IMG/VR virus record: IMGVR_UViG_3300034190_001539 | Coordinates: 1-64,000 of that record | Direction: 5' to 3' (one strand) | DNA from: a virus | DNA length: 64,000 nt | Shown here: positions 10,021 through 17,973 of the stretch, piece by piece | Layout: each line of letters opens with the position of its first letter | Position numbering within the stretch: the stretch's first letter is position 1 | Made by a program: the position numbers and the translations under genes | The notes under the pieces: generated by a model | Seen by the model: only the letters and a program-made list of their open reading frames with translations | What the model was told of the DNA's origin: nothing | Database searches by the model: none

Positions 10021-13000
10021 CTATGTTGTTCTCTCTGCTGCTGGTTGTCCTAACTCTCCGTATAACGGTGTGAAATCTTTATCACCACTACTTTTTCTAT
10101 TAGGATAATCTGGAAATCCCAATTGACTTTTATCAGTAAATCTAGTTGCTGGATTACTATTACCATCAGGAATCCAATTTATTCCATAGTGCTTTCCTTT
10201 TGATGCTAATACGTTATTACCTATGTATTTAAACTCACATTGCGCAGATATGAAATGTGGAAATTGTAATCCATCATTTATTTCCCAAGTTGAAGCATCT
10301 TCTACAGTTACAGTTAAAGAACCAAGCAGTCCTGTAACACGATCGAACATATCTCCCATTGTCAAACTTATGAGTGGTGTAATCATTCTTTCTTCTGGCG
10401 TATACGATGGATAGCACATACCAACTAAATAATTTAATTTTTCCATTAGTATTGGCAATTCTTGAGCTGTTTTTGGATATATCTTGAACCCAAAGCTTAT
10501 GTTTCTATCTGCACCTTGATATATGTAAACCTTATCTGGTCTACCAACATATCTTTCCTCTCCGTATTCAGGAGTTATAGAGTCTGATATTCCTTCCAAA
10601 ATTGCTCTAAATATAATGAACTTATTATTAACCATATCGTGAAACTTAAATTTTATAAAGTCATTAATTTTTTGATTATTTAAAACCTCATCTTTAGTAC
10701 CATATGGTAGCATATTTACTTTATCTGTAAAGTGATTTGCAATCTTACTATCAGTTCCAATCCGTATCGCAGTTTGTATTAAATCTGCTCTTCCAGTGGA
10801 ATCACCTATACCATCCTTATCTAAAGGTCTAGCTATTGAACCTCTAGCTCCACCTTGATTTCCAGTATCAGCTACTTTTCTATTATATGGAATTTCATCT
10901 TTTGTAACATTATGTGTTTGATTTAGAATTTTTCTGGCCATACTCTGAAGTGGCATTTTACCATTAAATTCATAATCTAATCTTTCATCACCCTCACCCA
11001 GCTTAGTTAATTTGTCATATGGCGATGTGTGAAATATTGTTTTATTTCCTGAGTCATTACTAGCATCACCTACATTTGTACCATTATTAAAAGTACCGCC
11101 TATTTTATCTTCAATCTTTCTAGCATCACTTCTTAAAAGATCTACAGTACCTGTAAATGAGGGTATTCCTTTATCAATTGATTTTGGGGCAGATGATATT
11201 GGAAATAAATATTTATTTGGATTCATTAACAACATAGAAGTTACTAAATCTCTTCCACCAATTTCGGCTGTTACACCGAATCCAAAATTTACAGATTGTT
11301 TCTTTATTACTTCAGGATTGCTTTGCATAGCTATTCTACTACCATAACCAGTATTTGGGTTATTAAATTTACCAACAGCATTAAATACAGTATCCATTCC
11401 CGATGGCAATAAATTTGTTATGAATTCTGGTAAGTTTTCACCTAATGGAACTATATCTCCATATCTACCACCACCTATGTGCCTTTCTGCATGATTAATT
11501 GGTAATGCTAATGAAGCTAATAATGTTGCTAATCCTTGAGCTCCACCTGATTGAATCACTCCTTCTGGATCATCAATAGCTCCAATCGGTATTCCTAAAA
11601 TAGAGAGTGGATTATAACGTTTAGTTTCTAATGTAGGATTAAGTCCTTGTAAAACAAATTGTTTTCCTAAAAATCCTATACCATCAGTTGTTAATAAAAA
11701 TTTACCTATTCTTATTTTATCAGCAAAATTTCTCTCTACCAAACCAGTAAATGATGGAGCACCTCTAAAAAATCCACCTAAAATATCATCAGCACCAGCT
11801 GCCAATGCGCCAAAAAATCCCGTGTCGGAGCTTATAGGATTCAATCCCCAATTGTTCCCTACTTCTCTTAAAATAAAAGGTTGTCTAAATAAATCAAAGT
11901 TGTTTGGGTCTGCTACCTCTCTAAAAGTTTTCGTTCCAAATTTATTATTTTCTGTCATTCCGCTTGGAACATTTTTATATGTACCATCTCTAAATTCAAA
12001 TAAATTATCAATGTAAACAGAATCTTCGTAATTCTCTTTCATTGTAGTAGCAGAAAATTCACTCTGAAAAGTATCTGTAGTTACATCTTCTGTGGTTCTA
12101 AAATTTTCTCTTTGTAGATTTAAAGTTGTTTGTGGAGTTGCCGTAGGATACGTTGCTGGAACTGTATACACATTATCACCAGCTATATCCTCAGGAGTAG
12201 AGAATTGTGAAGTTCTATTTACCAATGGCATCAAACTAGCAAACTCAACTACCTCACCACCTATTGGAGATTGTGAGTCACCAGCCTCAATATGTATAGA
12301 ACCATCCTTATATCTATCTCTTAAATTCATCACACCAGCACTTCCAAACTCAACTACATATCTATTCTCTAAGAAAGGACTTGGTAGTGGAACATTAGTA
12401 AATGGTGCAGTTACTGATGAATGAAATGGTGGTGTTTCAGAACTTCTATTTCTTTCACGAAAAATAGTAAAATCAAATTGATTAAGTACAGGTAGTAAAG
12501 ATGTGCCATGTGCATTTTCATATAGTGGCGTATCATCAAATGCTGATATTGTATATTGTGTAGGACCTGTAGATGTGTGTTGTTCTACTGCTCTCGTTAA
12601 AGTTAAATCATTTGAGAATGGTTGAGTTGGATCGTAAGAACTCAAATAATCTGCAATCGGAGTAGTCATAAAAGCAGAAGTAAATTGTGGTTGGTTTACA
12701 GGTGCCAGTGATGTATCTGAATCAAGTATATGTGATGGATTCGATAAGCCTGGATTTCCTTCTTCACTATATTCACCATTTTGTCCAAAAGCACTTCGTG
12801 TTTTTGTGTTTGTTCTAACTCCACTATTAGGTGATGATATAGTAGACTCACCATTATATTCATTTGGTAGAGAATTAGTACTTTTCATAAACTTATTGTA
12901 TTCTGTTTCCAAATTTGTTTTAGGTGTAAACCCAGTAGCGCCAGCAGTTTCATTATCAAAGAAATCAACACCCTTTTCTATTTGATTGTCAATACTATCG

Positions 13001-13056
13001 GGAGTTGTCTGTCCTTTGAAAGCTGATAAGTCTGATACTAAATCTTTAAGTGCCAC
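10021..13056 (-). CDS. Large baseplate/tail-tube-initiator-like protein
   Basis: GTG start with AGGAG SD; C-terminal tube-fold segment (FRAILEGISD...YVGRPDKVYIYQG...ISFGFKI); lies between tape measure and LysM genes. Confidence 0.6.
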   Translation of the reverse strand: MALKDLVSDLSAFKGQTTPDSIDNQIEKGVDFFDNETAGATGFTPKTNLETEYNKFMKSTNSLPNEYNGESTISSPNSGVRTNTKTRSAFGQNGEYSEEGNPGLSNPSHILDSDTSLAPVNQPQFTSAFMTTPIADYLSSYDPTQPFSNDLTLTRAVEQHTSTGPTQYTISAFDDTPLYENAHGTSLLPVLNQFDFTIFRERNRSSETPPFHSSVTAPFTNVPLPSPFLENRYVVEFGSAGVMNLRDRYKDGSIHIEAGDSQSPIGGEVVEFASLMPLVNRTSQFSTPEDIAGDNVYTVPATYPTATPQTTLNLQRENFRTTEDVTTDTFQSEFSATTMKENYEDSVYIDNLFEFRDGTYKNVPSGMTENNKFGTKTFREVADPNNFDLFRQPFILREVGNNWGLNPISSDTGFFGALAAGADDILGGFFRGAPSFTGLVERNFADKIRIGKFLLTTDGIGFLGKQFVLQGLNPTLETKRYNPLSILGIPIGAIDDPEGVIQSGGAQGLATLLASLALPINHAERHIGGGRYGDIVPLGENLPEFITNLLPSGMDTVFNAVGKFNNPNTGYGSRIAMQSNPEVIKKQSVNFGFGVTAEIGGRDLVTSMLLMNPNKYLFPISSAPKSIDKGIPSFTGTVDLLRSDARKIEDKIGGTFNNGTNVGDASNDSGNKTIFHTSPYDKLTKLGEGDERLDYEFNGKMPLQSMARKILNQTHNVTKDEIPYNRKVADTGNQGGARGSIARPLDKDGIGDSTGRADLIQTAIRIGTDSKIANHFTDKVNMLPYGTKDEVLNNQKINDFIKFKFHDMVNNKFIIFRAILEGISDSITPEYGEERYVGRPDKVYIYQGADRNISFGFKIYPKTAQELPILMEKLNYLVGMCYPSYTPEERMITPLISLTMGDMFDRVTGLLGSLTVTVEDASTWEINDGLQFPHFISAQCEFKYIGNNVLASKGKHYGINWIPDGNSNPATRFTDKSQLGFPDYPNRKSSGDKDFTPLYGELGQPAAERTT

Positions 13057-13066
13057 TTTGTTTCTC

Positions 13067-15136
13067 CTAGCTACTCATAGCCATTTCACCAACTTTACCT
13101 GTTAGTGTGTTCATTAATTGTTTATTCTCTGTTCTTAATTGTCTACTCTCATCTATGACCTTTTGTAATAAATTATTTGTTTCCTTCATATTATTACCAA
13201 AACCTAATTCATTTTTAGTTCCTGATATTGCCTCACCTTTGTGTATTTGTGCTAAACCACTCTCTGTAACAATACCACCAGTTTCAGCTCCAGGTGGTTT
13301 TTTTCTTAAAAAAGCATATGCTGCCCCACCCACAGTAGCTATAGCAGCAAGAGCAAGAAGCGGTCCGACTATCGGAACTTTAGCTGCACTAGCACCAGCC
13401 GTAACTGCTGCTTTACCTGCAGCCGCTGCAGCTCCTTTCATTTCTTCGGTTGTTTGTTTTTTACTTAATGCCAATTGAACTAACTTTATACTACTAATAG
13501 TTGCCTGTATAGTTGCAGCAATTGCTGAAAGTTGTTGTCCTTTTGCTATTAATTGAGTTAATTCAAATTGTGTTGATTGTTGTTTTTCTAATTCTTCAGC
13601 TTTCTTCTCTGCTAATTCTGCAGATGTTTTCTCACCAGCAACTATTTTACCTAAGTCAGCAACACTAACACCGATAGCCTTTGCTAATGATTGTCTTTCT
13701 ATAACATTCATAGCCTCAAAGTCTGCTTGGCTACCTACCTGATTCTTTACCTCTTCAGCTAACCCAGCCAAATCACCTGTAAGTGCTAATTCTCTTGCTT
13801 TATCTAAATTTAATTGTCTACCCAATAGTACCGATGCTTCCATCTGTGATTCAATGGAAGATTCAAAGTCTAATAGGTTACTAGCTATATCAGCAACATT
13901 TCCTAAACTTAAACCCAATCTCCTAGCTGATACAGCCGCAGTAGCAATATTTCTACCACCATCTTTAGCAAATTTAGCAAAGTTTTCTGCGTCTTGAGCA
14001 ATATCATCTAATACTAATTTTTTAGAAACACCGGCAGCTGCAGCTAAATTACCAGCTACCTCTATTGTACTTAAACTAGCATCTAAACTTCCACCCTGAA
14101 TTATTTGTATAGACTTAGCAAGTTTGGCAGCATTTTCTCCACTTATACCAGTATCTCGTGAAATTTCAGCAAACTTATTTAAGGTACTTAAAGAAAGTTC
14201 ATCTATATTACCAAACTCTTGTGATATTCCTACTGAAAAAGCCTTAACCTCTCCAGCTCTCATACCTAACTTTGTAAAAGTTGCTTCAACAGCAGATACT
14301 TTTGCTCCCAATACAGCAGACTGACCTACACTCAATCCTAATTCTTGTTTAAGCTCTTTTGCATTTTCTACCAATCCCTTAGCAAAAGAAAATGCGGCAG
14401 CTGCTATACCAGCTTTTAAAGCAGTTCCTCTTAATTCTTTACTTTTAAGTATACCACCATATATTCCAGCTTTTTTAGTCAAACCTCCAAATTCATCTTC
14501 AATATCACCAACCGCATCCACCATATCCTTTAAGCCTTCTGAATTTAGAGTCTTTATGTCCTTTTCAAGTTTTTCTACTTGTCCATCTATAGCGGCTACA
14601 GCTTTTTCACCTAAACTACCATACTCTTCCATAGATAAGCCGGCTTTTTCTAAAACTTTATTAAGAATTTCTTGCTTACCAATATTCTCTAATGTATCAG
14701 ATTCAAAGTCATTTAATACATCATCTTGCACTTCTCTGACAGCATTCAATCCCTTTACACTATCTACTAATCTTTTTTGGTCTGCTTCACTTAATTTTTC
14801 GGTTCTTAATTTTTGTAATGCTAAATTTTTAACTCTCTGACCTTCTTTTACAAGTGTTTTATCTAATACACCCAAACTTTGTAATAATTTTCCTTTTTGT
14901 GAATCTAAAAGTTTACTCATATCTTTAGCTAAACTTCTAGCTTTATTATCAGCTTTTGCTATTGCTGCTTTTGTTTTAAGAATTGCTGTTTGTGTGTCTT
15001 TTAGCTCTTTCTCTAAGCGTACTACATTTTCAATATATTGCTGACGGGTTTTATCGGTTCTACGACCATCATCTCTTAATTTTTTCTGTGCGTTTAATTC
15101 AGCAGTAATTAACTTTTCTGTTCTTATGTCAGCCAT
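13067..15136 (-). CDS. Tape measure protein
   Basis: 689 aa, Ala/Lys/Leu-rich helical; LLDFESSIESQMEASVLLG...LNLDKAR segment; hydrophobic stretch near the C-terminus; follows the chaperone pair. Confidence 0.8.
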   Translation of the reverse strand: MADIRTEKLITAELNAQKKLRDDGRRTDKTRQQYIENVVRLEKELKDTQTAILKTKAAIAKADNKARSLAKDMSKLLDSQKGKLLQSLGVLDKTLVKEGQRVKNLALQKLRTEKLSEADQKRLVDSVKGLNAVREVQDDVLNDFESDTLENIGKQEILNKVLEKAGLSMEEYGSLGEKAVAAIDGQVEKLEKDIKTLNSEGLKDMVDAVGDIEDEFGGLTKKAGIYGGILKSKELRGTALKAGIAAAAFSFAKGLVENAKELKQELGLSVGQSAVLGAKVSAVEATFTKLGMRAGEVKAFSVGISQEFGNIDELSLSTLNKFAEISRDTGISGENAAKLAKSIQIIQGGSLDASLSTIEVAGNLAAAAGVSKKLVLDDIAQDAENFAKFAKDGGRNIATAAVSARRLGLSLGNVADIASNLLDFESSIESQMEASVLLGRQLNLDKARELALTGDLAGLAEEVKNQVGSQADFEAMNVIERQSLAKAIGVSVADLGKIVAGEKTSAELAEKKAEELEKQQSTQFELTQLIAKGQQLSAIAATIQATISSIKLVQLALSKKQTTEEMKGAAAAAGKAAVTAGASAAKVPIVGPLLALAAIATVGGAAYAFLRKKPPGAETGGIVTESGLAQIHKGEAISGTKNELGFGNNMKETNNLLQKVIDESRQLRTENKQLMNTLTGKVGEMAMSS

Positions 15137-15148
15137 AATTTACCTATT

Positions 15149-15331
15149 TTATAAGTCATCCGCTGATATGTTTTTCATTAACTTAACTAAATCAGCATTT
15201 GCTTTTCTTAAATCTTTAACTTTTTTTGCTATTTTTGGATTGTCTTTTAAAAATTGTTTTTCTTTAGAGCTAATAGCACCTCTCATAACTTTTTTTAAAA
15301 AGTCTGATACGAAGTTTTCGTCTATCTTCAT
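15149..15331 (-). CDS. Small hypothetical protein (MKIDENF...)
   Basis: Track ORF starts at TTG 15370; ATG at 15331 has GGAG just upstream and is the more likely start. Confidence 0.55.
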   Translation of the reverse strand: MKIDENFVSDFLKKVMRGAISSKEKQFLKDNPKIAKKVKDLRKANADLVKLMKNISADDL

Positions 15332-15388
15332 AAAATTCTCCATACGATTATTTTTTGTGGATTGATTCAATAATAAATATCAAACTTA

Positions 15389-15598
15389 TTACTTTTTGAA
15401 TGATGGACGTGAACTTTTGTTTTTCTGTTGTGCTTTCTTTATTTCCTCTGCCTCATCCTTATAGTGTTTCTGTAATCTTTTAAAATAGAATTTTCTAAGA
15501 TAAATGGGCATATTATAGACTTCAGAGAATGAGAACATTCCCTGCGAATTAAAACTTATTTCAAATATTGAGTTGTGTAAGCTTACTTTATATTCCAA
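15389..15598 (-). CDS. Tail assembly chaperone C-terminal extension (gpT-like); may be expressed by frameshift
   Basis: TTG start without SD, overlaps the end of the upstream gene; EVYNMPIYLRKFY motif; lies upstream of the tape measure gene. Confidence 0.6.
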   Translation of the reverse strand: MEYKVSLHNSIFEISFNSQGMFSFSEVYNMPIYLRKFYFKRLQKHYKDEAEEIKKAQQKNKSSRPSFKK

Positions 15599-16334
15599 CG
15601 GAAGGCCAAAGAAACGTAACGGTCATAGGGACCGTGAACTCCTTTTCATTTCCATCTTCATCTATGTATACAGACTTCATCTCCACATCTGGATTTATAC
15701 TATTAACATAAGCTCTGAAATCTCTAGAATCTCTAGATAGAAATTCATTGTCTACAAAACTATTTATACTAGCTTTTTTAGCATCACCATCTACAGATAA
15801 TATTTGATGTTTTAATCTTGTTGTTGTTTCATAACCAATACCATCACCTATCTTCTTATATCCCTCAATTTCTTTATCCATACTCTTTTCATCTGATTGA
15901 GTTAGTAACTTAAAGGTTAATTTTCTTTTAGTGGCAGGTAATTCAAAATCAAATTCATTTGCACCATTTACAACTATTTTCTCATCTAACTTTTTCTCTT
16001 TTAGTGTAGTTAAATCGACTACTACTTCTTTACCATCTACTTCTACTTCGTAATCTTTACCATACGCTAATATACGAGACGCAATAAGAATTGCGTTTTT
16101 ATCACCCAATAACATATCATCTAATTTGATTGATTTATCTACTATTAGAGCTTCTAATAACTTATCAATAACTATACCCTTTTTAATAAGGTTAGCTGAT
16201 GTAAGTATATCCTCTTCTCTTGCCGTCATATATTTAATTTCTATTGTACCGCTAGATAGTGGGCTATCCTTTGGGTATAACAATCCTTGTGACGGCAGAT
16301 CCACTACTTCTGTAGGGAACTTAACTTCTGCCAT
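15588..16334 (-). CDS. Tail/baseplate assembly chaperone (T4 gp26-like)
   Basis: VDLPSQG..YP, IKYMTAREEDILT, LLGDKNAILIASRILAYG motifs; between tube and tape measure genes; AGGAG SD. Confidence 0.7.
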   Translation of the reverse strand: MAEVKFPTEVVDLPSQGLLYPKDSPLSSGTIEIKYMTAREEDILTSANLIKKGIVIDKLLEALIVDKSIKLDDMLLGDKNAILIASRILAYGKDYEVEVDGKEVVVDLTTLKEKKLDEKIVVNGANEFDFELPATKRKLTFKLLTQSDEKSMDKEIEGYKKIGDGIGYETTTRLKHQILSVDGDAKKASINSFVDNEFLSRDSRDFRAYVNSINPDVEMKSVYIDEDGNEKEFTVPMTVTFLWPSVGI

Positions 16335-16366
16335 AATTGACTCCTATGATTTTTTTAAAATTATAA

Positions 16367-16576
16367 CTATTTTTTACCAAATTTTTCGGCGGCTGTAACT
16401 CCTAATCCAACTACTGAAATATACATAAAACATTCTAATATTTTATCTTTTACTTCAAAGGCTGAAAAAGTATCAGCACCCCAACTTGCAATCAACATAG
16501 TGAAAGCAGCAAAACCTACTACTCTCTTTGAAGATATTTTTGCATCGCTAGAGAGCATCTCTTGAATAAAACCCAT
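16367..16576 (-). CDS. Small two-TM membrane protein, holin-like
   Basis: 69 aa, SSKR followed by two hydrophobic segments and a basic C-terminus; GAGGAG SD. Confidence 0.55.
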   Translation of the reverse strand: MGFIQEMLSSDAKISSKRVVGFAAFTMLIASWGADTFSAFEVKDKILECFMYISVVGLGVTAAEKFGKK

Positions 16577-16588
16577 ACTTAACTCCTC

Positions 16589-17077
16589 TTAGAATTGTAA
16601 GATAGCGTAATCGTATCTTAGTGTTAATGTTATTTCTGCTGGTTCACTAACTGACCAATCTAAATCACCAAAATTGGCTGATTGTATCATAGCACCTTTA
16701 AGTGTCCATTCTTCTACTTTGTCTCCAACAGGTCCTAATACATTAAAAGTAATATCTTTCTTATAAAAATCAGAGTAACCATCTCTACCAGTAACAGACT
16801 CTTTATGTAATCGAACCCATTCCATAACTGCTTGTGCGCCAGATGGTACAATAGGATCGTATAGAGTAACTTCTAAAGTTTCCCAAGCTCCCTTTCCTTT
16901 TACATACCTCTTAACATTGATGTGATCTAATTCAATCTCTTCAAATGTAATAGTTGGTCTATTGGCTGTTTTGATTAAATATGCTGGAACGCCTTCTATG
17001 TACATAATGAACCGATTTTTTGTTTTCGGCTCAAATGGAGTGAACATAATTTCTGAAGGATCGATTAAGTCTGCCAT
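16589..17077 (-). CDS. gp19: Tail tube protein (T4 gp19-like)
   Basis: FEPKTKNRF, W...TLYDP, YKKDI...LGPVGDKVEEWTLKGA, FGDLDW, LTLRYD; near the sheath gene. Confidence 0.9.
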   Translation of the reverse strand: MADLIDPSEIMFTPFEPKTKNRFIMYIEGVPAYLIKTANRPTITFEEIELDHINVKRYVKGKGAWETLEVTLYDPIVPSGAQAVMEWVRLHKESVTGRDGYSDFYKKDITFNVLGPVGDKVEEWTLKGAMIQSANFGDLDWSVSEPAEITLTLRYDYAILQF

Positions 17078-17106
17078 TACAGTTCTCCTATTAAGTGTTT
17101 AATTCT

Positions 17107-17122
17107 TTCATATATAAATATA
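17107..17122 (-). promoter_or_regulatory. Putative late promoter (sense TATATTTATATATGAA) upstream of tail tube
   Basis: Identical 16-mer also at 53568-53583 and 62321-62336, always intergenic and upstream of a gene. Confidence 0.7.
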
Positions 17123-17192
17123 CACAAACTGAAAAATCGATACAGATTATCATCTTATTATTTCATAGTTTTTTCATAGTTTTACAGAAAAC

Positions 17193-17221
17193 AAAAAAAG
17201 GTGAGAAAATCTCACCTTTTT
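17193..17221 (-). terminator. Intrinsic terminator
   Basis: AAAAAGGTGAG-ATTTT-CTCACCTTTTTTT hairpin with U-tract, just after the 177-aa gene. Confidence 0.85.
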
Positions 17222-17239
17222 AAGTTGTTTAGTTAATCA

Positions 17240-17773
17240 CTACTTGAGGTTAATACCACCAGTATTAGCAGCTAAACCATCTAAGATGTCATGTGCTATC
17301 CATGCAGTACCAGCAGTTGCTGATATACAAGTTACTGAAAAGCGAGATCCAATAATAGCGTTCGCATCAAATCCAACTGAATCGTTAGCATCTGAAGCAG
17401 CAACATTATCACCATCACCTTTAGGCACAGCACCTAAGATTTTTTCTGAAGCCGCACCCAACACATCAAAATCCTGACCAGCAGTTCCTATCAGAACAAA
17501 TGTGTAGGTACATCCTATTGCATCTGCACAAGATGGTAATGTTATATCATGCAATCCACCAGTTAATGCTGGAACTAATGTAATTAGTCCTGACTGACCT
17601 GCGGTTAGTGCTGTATAGCTTGTAGCTTCACCACCATCTGTTAAAAGTTGTGTATTTCTTCTAATACCGCCTACCTGAACATTATTTTCAGAAGTCAATA
17701 CACTATTTTTCAAACCATCTAATGATGGGGCTGATTCTCTGGTATACTTAATAAAATCACTTCTTACACCCAT
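17240..17773 (-). CDS. Hypothetical structural protein (beta-rich, Gly/Ala/Thr-rich)
   Basis: 177 aa with AAGGAG SD; has its own promoter motif and terminator between sheath and tube genes. Confidence 0.6.
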   Translation of the reverse strand: MGVRSDFIKYTRESAPSLDGLKNSVLTSENNVQVGGIRRNTQLLTDGGEATSYTALTAGQSGLITLVPALTGGLHDITLPSCADAIGCTYTFVLIGTAGQDFDVLGAASEKILGAVPKGDGDNVAASDANDSVGFDANAIIGSRFSVTCISATAGTAWIAHDILDGLAANTGGINLK

Positions 17774-17903
17774 TTTACTATTCTCCTTATTTAATTTACG
17801 CGCTACTCAAATTAAGTTATTGTTTAAATTTATCTAGACCCTCTACTATTAATTATATTTATGCGCTACTACAATTAACAATCTAAATATACCTTTTGTC
17901 TAT

Positions 17904-17911
17904 TATAAATA
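17904..17911 (-). promoter_or_regulatory. Putative late promoter core (sense TATTTATA)
   Basis: Recurrent intergenic motif, immediately after the sheath terminator. Confidence 0.6.
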
Positions 17912-17921
17912 TCATTAAAAC

Positions 17922-17950
17922 AAAAAACCCCACTTAAAAGTGGGGCTTTT
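17922..17950 (-). terminator. Intrinsic terminator after sheath gene
   Basis: CCCCACT-TTTA-AGTGGGG stem followed by TTTTTT on the minus strand. Confidence 0.9.
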
Positions 17951-17973
17951 CGTATTATAATTGAGTTTATAAA

